A DNA stretch of 64,000 nt from an uncultured Nitrososphaerota archaeon (lineage in GTDB: Archaea; Thermoproteota; Nitrososphaeria; Nitrososphaerales; Gagatemarchaeaceae), in the NCBI GenBank assembly GCA_963718895.1, contig CAVRAG010000008.1, positions 1,536,001 through 1,600,000 on the forward strand. Direction: 5' to 3'. The notes beneath the pieces are model-generated. The model saw only the letters and a list, made by a program, of their open reading frames with translations, ran no database searches and had not been told where the DNA came from. Each line of letters starts with the position of its first letter. Positions within the stretch are counted from its first letter, which is position 1. The translations under genes and the position numbers were made by a program. Positions 20,707-30,438 of this stretch are shown here, piece by piece.

Positions 20707-21135
20707 TCATTGGGTCTTCTCAACTGGCTTCCAATTCTTTGTATAGCGCTGAATCGGCTTCTCAAGGAACTTGGGATCTAACCCGATGGCATCTTTTAGG
20801 ATAAGACCAAGATGTCTAATAAGATAGTCGCCAATTTCAAGCTGGAATTGTGGCTTGAATGGGGAGTCGAGATGAAGCTCCGATTCCATCAGTGCCCCGA
20901 GTTCTGCCCCTTCTTCCGTTGTTAGAAAGTCGTCTATCTTAGCGAATACTTCGCCGATCTCCAAGTTAGAGGCTGGATACAACAGATAGGTTCTCCACAT
21001 GAGGTGACTGGAGTCACCCTCCTTGACTTCACTTGCAGGAGCGGACCCAGCGAAAAGACTCTCGGTCGAGCTAAGAGGTCCTATTAGTTTCGAGCGCAAA
21101 ACCAGTCGCCTAACTGCTACTGACTCTATCTTCAT
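20707..21135 (-). CDS. Hypothetical protein
   Basis: 142-aa ORF overlapping the end of the upstream gene. Confidence 0.55.
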   Translation of the reverse strand: MKIESVAVRRLVLRSKLIGPLSSTESLFAGSAPASEVKEGDSSHLMWRTYLLYPASNLEIGEVFAKIDDFLTTEEGAELGALMESELHLDSPFKPQFQLEIGDYLIRHLGLILKDAIGLDPKFLEKPIQRYTKNWKPVEKTQ

Positions 21136-22609
21136 TGATTCTCACCATTATTTCAACTCCGACAGAAGTGTTGGGTAGTCGCTTTGGGAACACGAACATG
21201 ACCTGATGCTCACTGCTCCAGTTTGGTTCTGGGTCAGACTTGATAAAGGTGCACCACTCTGGGAGAAGCAATTCGAATACTTCGTCTGTTGATGCGTATG
21301 ATGTGTTTATCAGATAACCAAGTCTAATCTTGTGTTCTTTGCCAATCTTTTCCATCTTCATGACTTGGTCGTACTCAAACAGAAGACTGGCAGATTCTTC
21401 GTCCGCAGAGGGCCGTCTCGACTTGATCTCCAGAAGCGGCCCACTTGGGGTATTCCTAATCGAATAGGGCAATCTATAGAAGTAGTCCTGCACTATGACT
21501 TGTTTTGGCATCGAATACAGACCAACAGTCAAAGTTTGGTCATAGTGCGCTTGTGCTTGGTGCCTCGCATTTGAGTAGACTTTGAACTCGAAATATCCAT
21601 CCTCATTGGAGTTAGATATGAGACGTACTGTTGTCTTCGAGTAACCTTTGTACTGTGTCTTCTCCCACTGGCTCAGGATATGTTCTATCTTGTCATGCCT
21701 TTCCTTACTTTGGTCCCGTAATGATCTGGGAAACGGAATTCGAACGCTCATCAAGATTACCTTGTCAGAAATGACCCGAATCCACATCAGTTGTCGGAAG
21801 AATGATGCCGTGAAAGCATAACCATAGATGTATTTCTCGAGTTCAAAATCTCGTTCTATGCCATACGAATCTTCCATGCCTGACTTTTGAATCGCATCTT
21901 GCAACTGCTCAGGTGTCTGGAACATGTTGAAAACGGTTATCTTAACCCAGCGGATTGATATTGGAAAGAATAGGAGGGAAATCAGGGCAAGAATGAAGCC
22001 GTACGCACCATACACTAGCCCACTCGTCCCTAATTTCAGGCGATAAATCATAGGATAAGACCTACCTTTCGGCCTACGTGGCGTCGCTGGCTGACCCAAC
22101 GCCAGAATTGCTCCGAGAATCAAGAGGAGATCAATAGAGACTCGCGTTACAAAACCACCGAGGACTTGGACGATGACACCTGGAATCTCCGCCTCAAGGT
22201 GTCGTTGGACCGGCTCGCCAATCCACAGCACCACACCTTGGCCCAGTCGCACGATTGCCGCAAGACACACAAGAATCAACACCCACCCTAACATGCTGTG
22301 CATCAGCCTAGACCGAGAAGACATTTCTCGTGACCCGGCTATACCGTAGAAACCAATCGATACTAACGGGAGAACAATTGCCAAAGCTAGAGCTTCCAAA
22401 ACAGTAAGGAATTCAATCCGAAGTCCGGCGGCCGAAAGAAGATCAGCCACAGCGTAGAGTGCAAACGCGATGGCAGAAAGACGGAGAAAGAAATCTCTCA
22501 ACATTACCAAGCGAGTACCTTTCTTTCCCCTTGTCACTTCGTCGACGACCGTTTCAAGAGGAAGCCTCATTAGACCGCCAGATTCATCTCCTGGAACCCA
22601 TTCGCTCAT
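21110..22609 (-). CDS. Membrane protein with N-terminal TMs and a soluble C-terminal domain
   Basis: 499 aa, about 5 TM helices, visibly lower GC than the housekeeping region. Confidence 0.7.
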   Translation of the reverse strand: MSEWVPGDESGGLMRLPLETVVDEVTRGKKGTRLVMLRDFFLRLSAIAFALYAVADLLSAAGLRIEFLTVLEALALAIVLPLVSIGFYGIAGSREMSSRSRLMHSMLGWVLILVCLAAIVRLGQGVVLWIGEPVQRHLEAEIPGVIVQVLGGFVTRVSIDLLLILGAILALGQPATPRRPKGRSYPMIYRLKLGTSGLVYGAYGFILALISLLFFPISIRWVKITVFNMFQTPEQLQDAIQKSGMEDSYGIERDFELEKYIYGYAFTASFFRQLMWIRVISDKVILMSVRIPFPRSLRDQSKERHDKIEHILSQWEKTQYKGYSKTTVRLISNSNEDGYFEFKVYSNARHQAQAHYDQTLTVGLYSMPKQVIVQDYFYRLPYSIRNTPSGPLLEIKSRRPSADEESASLLFEYDQVMKMEKIGKEHKIRLGYLINTSYASTDEVFELLLPEWCTFIKSDPEPNWSSEHQVMFVFPKRLPNTSVGVEIMVRINEDRVSSS

Positions 22610-22710
22610 TGTCTCTTTACTCGATCTAGATGCACTTGAGTCATCTCTTTCTGCCTAATGTTATTAGGAAGGCCTAGTTATCGCCCGCGAGACCATAACC
22701 GCCCACTCGA

Positions 22711-22742
22711 GCCAAGCATAAAGGTTCATTGCATCCGGCTGG
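22711..22742 (-). repeat. 23S-trailer/BHB repeat copy 5 (degenerate)
   Basis: gccaagcataaaggttcattgcatccggctgg, 10 nt from the stop at 22753. Confidence 0.8.
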
Positions 22743-22752
22743 TTTGCACCCT

Positions 22753-23055
22753 TCAAATCTGGGAAATGGTCGCGCGACATACAATGCCTTTGTTATAATC
22801 CACTGATAATGAACCATCAGGATTCTTCCAGATTTCACATTGTGTTTCTTGAGTCGCTTTCTCTATCGCATCGAACACAGACCTTGCTTCTACTATGTAT
22901 GGGTCCTTTCCTCCAACCATTCTGATTGCAAACCTCTTAGGAATGTTGGCAGTCTCTTCTTTCGACACATGGCTTGGGGGTTCCGTGTTATCCTTGTTGT
23001 ACATCCACAGGTTAACCCACTTCCAGAAATCAGGCACCCGTTCCATGTCTCTCAC
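22753..23055 (-). CDS. Hypothetical protein, possibly 5'-degenerate
   Basis: 100-aa ORF, the only gene between repeat copies 5 and 6. Confidence 0.5.
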   Translation of the reverse strand: MRDMERVPDFWKWVNLWMYNKDNTEPPSHVSKEETANIPKRFAIRMVGGKDPYIVEARSVFDAIEKATQETQCEIWKNPDGSLSVDYNKGIVCRATISQI

Positions 23056-23317
23056 CGATTATGGCATTCGGTACCAGGAACTTTCCCAAACAACTCTTTC
23101 CACAACTCTCTTTCTTTCTCTTCCGCCCTCTTATTGCAGCATGGTTTCCACTGCGTTTGTATTCTATTCATCGCAAAGCCTTCGCTAAGCCGCGGACGTC
23201 GTCGTCCCATCTCGTCCGATCTCAGCAACGATTCTGATTACTTGTTACGTATATAAGCGTTACAGCTATCAAGAGATTATCTTGAATTCTAGAAGAAAGT
23301 GCTCCGGAAATCCACAT

Positions 23318-23339
23318 GGTTCATTGCGCCTCCGCCTGG
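23318..23339 (-). repeat. 23S-trailer/BHB repeat copy 6
   Basis: ggttcattgcgcctccgcctgg (19-nt exact core), 9 nt from the stop at 23349. Confidence 0.95.
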
Positions 23340-23348
23340 AGAGTATTC

Positions 23349-24332
23349 TCAGAATTGGGGTAGGTCAGTCCGGGAGGCTCTCCGCCAAACGACATGTATG
23401 AGTCTCGCACTCTCGATGACTCCGAAGAAGTACAGTGCAATCGTCAGTAACGAACTTACGCGATTCGATAGTATCTGTGAAATCGAAGAGATGGGTTGAA
23501 TGCTAAGGTGAAAGTTGGTGTATGTCTGCTCCATGTCGAAGGAACTTCCATTGAACATCGTCACTACGAGTAATGGTGAGTAATCGCCCCCCGAAGGAAA
23601 GGCAATGTAGGAGCAGCAATATGACCATTCACCTGCGGATTTGTGGTCGAGAGAGATGAACTGTTCTGCAGTATTGGCATCCAGCGAGGAATTGGATAGG
23701 ACTTGGCTTTGAAATGCAAAATCCATATGGTCAATGCTCGAGGCGGTAGTCACGTTATACACAGAGGCGGTCACACTAACATTGATTGATAATCCAGCTA
23801 CGAATTCGAGTTCGTCGGTTAGGGTGTTGTGTAGGAATACGACGATGGCGACGTCTTGGGATAAGGGTGATTTGTTGGAGAAGCTGAAATCCATTGGGGC
23901 GTTAATAGCGTAGCCACCTGCCTCACTTCCAAGGGCCTGCGTTGTTATGATAGTTCCTCCAATAAATGCCCCGAGTAACAGATCAACAAAAATCACGACA
24001 ACCACTAGAAGATACCACACCCAGCGAAATCTTAGAAAGCTTCTCCTAGTGCCTCTTGTAAGCTCTTCTAGAAGTCTACCCACTTTGGGTATTCTTGTGA
24101 TAACCGAGTTGGGATTCAATGATGCTGAATCATTGACTGATTCAGGCGTGAAACCGTAGACGACTGCTAGCGTCCCAAAGAAGACCAAGGCGACATACAA
24201 TTCAGTTAGATTACCTGCTTCCGGAGTACTAAGCACCTGAGAAGCTATTGATCCTTCTAGTGTGAAAATTGTCAGAAACCAAATACTCATGACAATGAAT
24301 GATAGACCAATTAAGATGGCATATTTTCTCAA
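23349..24332 (-). CDS. Membrane protein with extracellular domain
   Basis: 327 aa, 3 N-terminal TMs and 1 C-terminal TM; TATA-like gataaata upstream on the minus strand. Confidence 0.7.
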   Translation of the reverse strand: MRKYAILIGLSFIVMSIWFLTIFTLEGSIASQVLSTPEAGNLTELYVALVFFGTLAVVYGFTPESVNDSASLNPNSVITRIPKVGRLLEELTRGTRRSFLRFRWVWYLLVVVVIFVDLLLGAFIGGTIITTQALGSEAGGYAINAPMDFSFSNKSPLSQDVAIVVFLHNTLTDELEFVAGLSINVSVTASVYNVTTASSIDHMDFAFQSQVLSNSSLDANTAEQFISLDHKSAGEWSYCCSYIAFPSGGDYSPLLVVTMFNGSSFDMEQTYTNFHLSIQPISSISQILSNRVSSLLTIALYFFGVIESARLIHVVWRRASRTDLPQF

Positions 24333-24387
24333 ATCTGGGAAATAGACTCACGTATCGCTATTTATCAATAATGTGTAACAATGACTC

Positions 24388-24457
24388 TTGTGCCTCCGCC
24401 GGGGCATTTCATCCACACGTTGGGCTATCGCAAGTCGACCGGCTGAACGCGCCGCCC
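24388..24457 (-). repeat. 23S-trailer/BHB repeat copy 7, extending into a degenerate 23S 3' end
   Basis: ttgtgcctccgccggggcatttcatccacacgttgggctatcgcaagtcgaccggctgaacgcgccgccc versus native 31980-32049. Confidence 0.95.
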
Positions 24458-24474
24458 TCGGCAGGGTCCGACCT

Positions 24475-25128
24475 TCATCGTCCAAACGCCCACGCCACCA
24501 TGAGCGGTAACTCTTCTCGCCAGAATGCGTCGCCGTGCGATCCGACCCGCTCGATCATGACGACGTCTGCACCCGCATCGCGCAGCGCGGTCGCCCACCG
24601 CCTCGCGTTCTCGAGGAAGAACGGCTCCAGGGTGCCGGCGACGAGATACGCGCGCTGCACCGATCGCGGCATAGCTTCAGGAGGGCGGTAACCCCCGCCT
24701 GGCGAGGCGCAGAAGATCGCACCGTAGATGTCCGGATGGCGAAGCCCAATGGCGAGCGCGAGCTCTCCACTCGCCGAGACACCGAACACCGCGGTGCGCT
24801 CGGCGGGCAGCGCCACTTCGAAACGCGACCTCGCCCATCGGCGGAGGTCCTCGACAAAGAACTTCTCGTGCGCCGCGAACCGCACCGGGTCAAACGCCGG
24901 TGAGTACTCATGGAGCCGCAGCGTCTCATCGTCCAGCCGGTGTGCACCGACGATCATCGTGGGCGGTACGTCGGCCGCCTCGAGGGCTCCTCCCCATTGC
25001 GCGATCAACTGGCCGTCACCGGCGAACACGACCGCCTCGGGCGGATCAGGTGGGACATACACCGTGACCTGACGACCACCATCGTACTCGAACGTCTCGG
25101 TGACGAGCTCTCCCTTGATGGACGACAT
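24475..25128 (-). CDS. Putative esterase (alpha/beta hydrolase, Fes/esterase family)
   Basis: RQVTVYVPP, nucleophile elbow GVSASG, C-terminal GSHGDAFW; markedly GC-rich. Confidence 0.85.
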   Translation of the reverse strand: MSSIKGELVTETFEYDGGRQVTVYVPPDPPEAVVFAGDGQLIAQWGGALEAADVPPTMIVGAHRLDDETLRLHEYSPAFDPVRFAAHEKFFVEDLRRWARSRFEVALPAERTAVFGVSASGELALAIGLRHPDIYGAIFCASPGGGYRPPEAMPRSVQRAYLVAGTLEPFFLENARRWATALRDAGADVVMIERVGSHGDAFWREELPLMVAWAFGR

Positions 25129-25166
25129 CGTCGCTGGTGAGATTGCCTGTGATATTGGTATTCTCG

Positions 25167-25198
25167 ATTGCGCCTCCGCCTCGGCATTTCATCCACAC
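25167..25198 (-). repeat. 23S-trailer/BHB repeat copy 8
   Basis: attgcgcctccgcctcggcatttcatccacac, 20 nt from the stop at 25219. Confidence 0.95.
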
Positions 25199-25218
25199 AT
25201 AGCACTGGACCTGAATCT

Positions 25219-25611
25219 TCAACCCTTGAGGACGTTCTCGTCAACTTTCACGAGCAACCAAGAGTAGAGGTTGGTTCGAAGCTTCCTGTTCCTCGGGTTT
25301 CCACATACTACAAAATCTTCACCCTGCTTCAAGTGGATGTGTATCCGAGGACTGGGTAGGTAAGGAGTCAGGCCTTCTTGCAGCGACATGGTACCTATAT
25401 CTGAGTAGTTGACATCTCGACGAAGACTTCTTCCGACGAGTTGGAATAGATTTTCGTAGAATCTGGCCGCTCGAACGGGTTGAATCCAGTTTCGAATGAC
25501 TCCAGGGACGCAGAGTGCTGAGCCAAAAAGGAGCCCGATCGACCCAGCGAATGCGGCAGGAGAGTAGAACAACAGGCGAACCCCAAAGTACAGGCTAGCA
25601 ACTGTGAGCAC
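25219..25611 (-). CDS. Small membrane protein (2 TMs plus a soluble C-terminus)
   Basis: 130-aa ORF, the only gene between repeat copies 8 and 9. Confidence 0.55.
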   Translation of the reverse strand: MLTVASLYFGVRLLFYSPAAFAGSIGLLFGSALCVPGVIRNWIQPVRAARFYENLFQLVGRSLRRDVNYSDIGTMSLQEGLTPYLPSPRIHIHLKQGEDFVVCGNPRNRKLRTNLYSWLLVKVDENVLKG

Positions 25612-25807
25612 GGAATAGCTGGCAAGAGCGGGAGTCAGTGAACAAATGAATAGCGTAGGTTCTAGCTGCTTTCAAAGTATCCCTTCCAATCGCAAGACGA
25701 GCGAACCAGGCGTGACGAGAAACCACGCATCAATCAGCCTATCAGCGATTTGAGCCGCGGCAACGACACTTAACTTTTGTCAAATGCGGTTACTGAGATT
25801 CGTAGTG

Positions 25808-25919
25808 TCTAGGCTTCCTTTGATCTTAGGATGCCGTAAAATGGGCAAGTGCCATGTATAGGGTTCATTGCGCCTCCGCCGGGGCATTTCATCCACACGT
25901 TGGGCTATAGTAAGTCGAC
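25808..25919 (-). repeat. 23S-trailer/BHB repeat copy 9 (most complete copy)
   Basis: gccatgtatagggttcattgcgcctccgccggggcatttcatccacacgttgggctatag...agtcgac is nearly identical to native 31963-32031, plus a partial distal arm. Confidence 0.97.
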
Positions 25920-26005
25920 CTTTCTTGTGTGGGTTCCAGATTACCTTTCGCTCTTCGAAATCCTTGGCCCCAAAGGACCAATCTTCACAGACGCTGAAGG
26001 CCCAA

Positions 26006-27200
26006 TCAGTTTCGAGCGGCGACCCTGGGTACCATCACGAACCCCGTGCCCGCCTCGGGCACGTCAGGGTTTACGTATCTCCTGAAGATCGCAATGTACT
26101 CGGGAAGTCGCAGCGCAATAGGGTCGCCGCAGCGCGTCGTTCTCGCCGGGAAACGGGTCCCCGCCCAGGGCCTTCTTCACGACATCGTAGCTGTCGAGGT
26201 TGGTGAGCCGGTGGGCTATCACGGTCCCGCAGTTGTCCCAGACGTACCTGGAGAGCAAGGTCGGCATCTGGTCGACGATGATGAACCCCCAGCCGTATCT
26301 TCTGGCCTCAGCTATCGCGAGCTCGAGCAAGGTCCTGTCTCCCCTCTGCTGCGGGGGCCTCTCCTCGCTGAGATACCTGTGGGCCTCCTCGACCACGATC
26401 AGCCGCGTGAGCTGCTCAGGGGGCAACTCCCGGTTGAAGGCCCGGGTCTTGTCGTGCTGCCAGAGCTGCGCCAGCATCATCTCGGCCAAGAACCGCTGGT
26501 CCCTCAGCGAATCGACCTGCCCTATCTCGTAGACTGTGACCCTCTCTTCCATCCCCGCGAAGTCAAGGGCCAGCTCCGAGTTGAGCGAGGACCCGACCGC
26601 GCCCATGTTTATGATGTGCAGCCTCGACTCGAGAGCGCGCTGGCTGTTCTGCTCCTTGCTGCTTCCCGCCCTGAACTGCGCTACGGCGCCCTCGAGCTCG
26701 CGGAGGGTGGGGCTCGTCCTCAACTCTCCCCGGAGCGAGCAGAGGCAGTCCAGCAAGATGCGCCTCGATGGCTCGGACAACCCGTACGCCCTCGTGAAGA
26801 CGTCTGTGAAGGCCCTGTCCCACGGGTCGGCCATAGAACCCGGGGGAGGGATCAGCGGATTGAACCTGATGGTGGGCTCGTCCCCCACCGCGAGGATCTG
26901 GACGTCCTCGTCCAGCAGGCCCTTCAGCTCCCTGTACTCGCGCTTCACGTCCACGATGAGGCAGGCCTTCTTCCGGTTCCTCAGCGACTGCTCTATCGCG
27001 TGGAAGGTGTGGTTCGTCTTGCCGGAGCCCGTGGCTCCCACGATGAGCGCGTGCCTCAGCAGGAGCCGGTCGGTGAAACCGAAGCGGGTGTGCCTGGCCT
27101 CGCCGAGCACGGCGAAGATCTTCTTGTGTCCGGAGTTCCGGCTCCTGACCCGCGACTTCATCAGGTCCTCGAAACCCGGTTCAGATGGGTCATCGAACAT
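26006..27200 (-). CDS. HerA/DUF87-like P-loop ATPase with a frameshift near the C-terminus
   Basis: RHALIVGATGSGKT, LIVDVKREY, IVVEEAHRY and EARRYG..IIVDQ.P motifs. The true C-terminus appears to continue in a shifted frame to a stop at 26006. Confidence 0.85.
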
Positions 27201-27663
27201 CCAGGTGAGCCTCCAGCTCCTTGAGCATCCTGCAGAGTCTCGTGTACTCCGCCTGGTCGACCTTTCCCCTCTCGTAGGACATCCTCGCTCCGTCGGACGC
27301 GAGGCGGAGAGCCTCTGTCCATCCCGGGCTCTGAAGCTGCGGGGCCCTTCCAGTGAGGACGCTCTGGAAGGTGACTGAGATCGCCTCGATGAGCTTCTCG
27401 GAATACTGCGAAGCCCTGTAGGCCTGCCCCCTCTTCTCGAGCATCCCGAGGTCGACGAGCCTTGAGAGACGGAACCACGCGCCGGCCCTTCCCACCCTGA
27501 AGACGGACCTCGCGTCGGTGTTGTTCACCGGCTTGATGGTCGCGATGCTCAGCAGGTCGATGACCTTCTCGTCGGAGAGGGCGTACAGGTGTTCCCTGAA
27601 GTGCCTAATCAGCGCCAGATCCTGGGTCACCGACTTTACCCCCGTCGAGCTCAACATCTCCAC
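27190..27663 (-). CDS. Winged-HTH DNA-binding protein
   Basis: RAGAWFRLSRLVDLGMLEKRGQAYR recognition helix and wing; overlaps the ATPase start. Confidence 0.7.
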   Translation of the reverse strand: MEMLSSTGVKSVTQDLALIRHFREHLYALSDEKVIDLLSIATIKPVNNTDARSVFRVGRAGAWFRLSRLVDLGMLEKRGQAYRASQYSEKLIEAISVTFQSVLTGRAPQLQSPGWTEALRLASDGARMSYERGKVDQAEYTRLCRMLKELEAHLDVR

Positions 27664-27975
27664 CCTGCCTCCGGAAAGGAACTCTGCTTCAACTCGAATC
27701 GGCGCGGCTCCCGTCTTAAAGGAGATTCCTTACAACGCGTAAGTACAACTTGTAAGGAAAGGTTTTCTTCTCTAGCTTCAGGGGCGCCCTCACCTGCGTC
27801 TTCTGTGGTCAACCTTCCGTGGGGACGCGACCCGCTTATAGACGGTTCCGCACCTTATTGACGTACCTAAGATACGTTTCCGGGCCTACCGAGTCGGACT
27901 TTCTGAGCGGGTCAGCGGTGCTTCGAGGTATTGCAATGTTCAGGTACTGATATGAGTGTTTTTGCAATCTCGTCC

Positions 27976-28075
27976 CGTCAAAGTGGCGCGTACGACATCG
28001 TCCTCGCGACGTCAAAACGAGATTCGACGCGATGAGATGGTATGACGTCAAACCGGGATTTGACACACGTCAAAT
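27976..28075. repeat. Cluster of CGTCAAA direct repeats and an ATTTGAC-N4-GTCAAAT palindrome
   Basis: CGTCAAA at 27976, 28010, 28046 and 28068; inverted repeat at 28058-28075; located in a long divergent intergenic region. Confidence 0.6.
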
Positions 28076-28355
28076 AGCATCTCGACATGCTCGGTTCTAA
28101 ATAGCGATCCAGACGAACCATCCACGCTCATATCGTCCCGACGTTCAAACCCCGTGTTTTTGTCTTCCTACTCTCGAATCTAACTGTCCAACTACTTGCC
28201 TTTCATCCCTCGCTTCCCCTGATCTTCTGATCTTACTGCCTGTCCTCCAACCTCGCTAATGCTCAGGCCACGTACTCCGTTTCTCCTACCAGCTCCGAAT
28301 CCATGACCTCCCAGTGCGCTCGCTACCGACGACTGAAGCTCTGATGTGATGCCCA

Positions 28356-29657
28356 ATGTACGAAGAAGATCTGCATCCATATGAAGTACCCAAACCGGGA
28401 ATTGGTACCTCATCTGACGAACGAAGGCCGCCTGGCTCTGGACCCGTCGCTTTCTTTGTCCGCAGTAGCCAGCATGGTTCCCGCACCAATGAGAGAGAAG
28501 AAGATGTACCAAGGCTTGTTGGAGGCAATAGGCCGTTTCCCCGTCTCGGAAGTCTGCCTACGAGCACCCCATATATCACGTGCCTGCGGGCTGCGAAATA
28601 CTTCGATGGCCTCGCCCTGATTGTGCCGAAGAGAGCGCTGCCAGAGCACTCCAAGAGCGACATACTCGAGATTAAGGTCGCCAGATGCGCCGAACCCGAG
28701 AAGGAGCTGTCGCTGTACGGGAGACATCAACCAGGATACAAGTGCGCGAGGCTCGATCTGAACCAGATTGAGGTAGCTTACGGCGAAGAGTTCTGGGTTA
28801 GATCGGTAGGGAAGTATCTGCCTCAGAAGTTAGCATCTGAGTACAACCTCATGAAACCGATAGGCCTAGAGAATACAGAGCTGATTCTGGACGGAAGGCC
28901 TTGCCTGAGAGTGGACGGGACTGAGGTCAGACTGGCGGTGAAGAGGTTCAGGACCTTCGAGAGCAAGGCGATATTGGACGTGGAATTTGGTAGTGGTGGA
29001 CTGATTAGGGTGATAAGAGGGTTGGAGGGTTTCAACGTAAAGACCAGGAATCACTCTCAGGTCTACTCCATGATGACAGATGGAAGGCAGGTACTGATTA
29101 CCTACAAGATGCCAGGCGAATCGATGCACACACGAGTAGTGGACTCGAGCACGGCTAGCTATAGCACAGTCAATTCAGTGCCGGAGATTGGTAGTCGCGC
29201 AGATCTACTTGCCATACCTGATTCGTTTGAAGGAAGATATGTCATAAGGTTGAATTCACGGTTCATGGTACACATGATAGCAAAGTTGGTTAGACATGGT
29301 GCGTGCAGATATGAGAAGGTGAGAGGGGACATCGGGGAAGAAATCATAGATTCCATCCTGTCACAGATTGGCGTCCCGCAACTGATAGGTCATCCCCTGG
29401 ATCCCGGGAGGGACTACGATTCAAGTCGTAAAGGACCAGATAGCTTGAGGAAGGTCCCGATTGTCCAGCTTGGCTACTTCGAATTCAAGTGGTGGAAGGA
29501 AGCCGAGAAAGCGTCCTACGAGGCACAAGTACAAGCCAGCAGGTTCCCGCGAGGGAAGAGATTCAGGGGGCAGAGAATCGGGGGCGCTTATATTGCAAAT
29601 CTCGATTGGGATATGTCAAGCCCAATGTGCTCGTTGACCGTATCGAGAGTGTGGTGA
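28356..29657 (+). CDS. Hypothetical protein with a C-terminal PD-(D/E)XK nuclease-like motif
   Basis: GDIGEEI...KGPDSL...GYFEFKWW pattern; start codon uncertain. Confidence 0.55.
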   Translation: MYEEDLHPYEVPKPGIGTSSDERRPPGSGPVAFFVRSSQHGSRTNEREEDVPRLVGGNRPFPRLGSLPTSTPYITCLRAAKYFDGLALIVPKRALPEHSKSDILEIKVARCAEPEKELSLYGRHQPGYKCARLDLNQIEVAYGEEFWVRSVGKYLPQKLASEYNLMKPIGLENTELILDGRPCLRVDGTEVRLAVKRFRTFESKAILDVEFGSGGLIRVIRGLEGFNVKTRNHSQVYSMMTDGRQVLITYKMPGESMHTRVVDSSTASYSTVNSVPEIGSRADLLAIPDSFEGRYVIRLNSRFMVHMIAKLVRHGACRYEKVRGDIGEEIIDSILSQIGVPQLIGHPLDPGRDYDSSRKGPDSLRKVPIVQLGYFEFKWWKEAEKASYEAQVQASRFPRGKRFRGQRIGGAYIANLDWDMSSPMCSLTVSRVW

Positions 29658-30302
29658 ATGTCGAGTCAAGCTGATGAGGCAGAAGCGGTTCGAGAAGTAG
29701 TGTCCGGACTCACCAACGCCGAATTTGAAATCATGGACATCAAGGACCAGCATCCGGATAGCAAGATATCTCCGATTTGGTTCATGAGTTGCCGCGAAAT
29801 CACTCAGGCGAACAAGATTCCCCACGTCCAAGCCATCTGGAGAGGGAAGGGAGAAATCCGAATAGAGTCTCTGACAATAGGCAACACTTCTGATTGGATT
29901 GAGGAGAGCGGAGGGGAGGAGGCCGTCTATCCCGTCCTGGAAATGGACCTGACGAACTTCTGGGACCCCGGGTTTCGCAAGAGGTTCCTGAGGGGGTTTC
30001 CTGACCTTAAGATAAGACTTGGATGGTGTGAGGCGATTCTTGCCGATGTCTCGAAGAAACGCGGTGTCAAGCTTGAAATCCGATTCGACGGAGGAAAGGG
30101 GCTTGCGGTATTCTACATTGACGCGAAGGTGAAGGCCACCCCGGAGAAGATTGGACTGGAAATCAAGCGCGTCGAGAACGCGTTGAAGGCGCTGAAGGAA
30201 GCTTACTCGGAGGTCGCGGGAGAGGTTCGCGACGCCGAAATGGAATCCAGAGAGTTCCGCAAATGGAAGCTAAGGGCCAGAGCGGAAGCATCAAAATCCT
30301 AG
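29658..30302 (+). CDS. Hypothetical protein
   Basis: 214 aa, starts immediately after the upstream stop. Confidence 0.65.
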   Translation: MSSQADEAEAVREVVSGLTNAEFEIMDIKDQHPDSKISPIWFMSCREITQANKIPHVQAIWRGKGEIRIESLTIGNTSDWIEESGGEEAVYPVLEMDLTNFWDPGFRKRFLRGFPDLKIRLGWCEAILADVSKKRGVKLEIRFDGGKGLAVFYIDAKVKATPEKIGLEIKRVENALKALKEAYSEVAGEVRDAEMESREFRKWKLRARAEASKS

Positions 30303-30310
30303 GACATATT

Positions 30311-30337
30311 GTGTATGGTGTTTATCGCACCTCCGCC
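30311..30337 (-). repeat. 23S-trailer/BHB repeat copy 10 (highly degenerate)
   Basis: gtgtatggtgtttatcgcacctccgcc versus gtgtagggttcattgcgcctccgcc. Confidence 0.65.
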
Positions 30338-30438
30338 CGAGATAAGGGCACCTACGCTGTGGAGCGTTGGATGATTCTAGATTTCCTCAATCGAGCATCG
30401 ATCCAACTGACTTGATTCAAGTGGGCTTGCACGGCTAC

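Noticed and set aside
26046-27378. Long plus-strand ORFs (392 aa and 280 aa), and similar ones at 38778..40193 and 40568..41995
   Set aside because: These are antisense shadows of GC-rich minus-strand genes with clear motifs.
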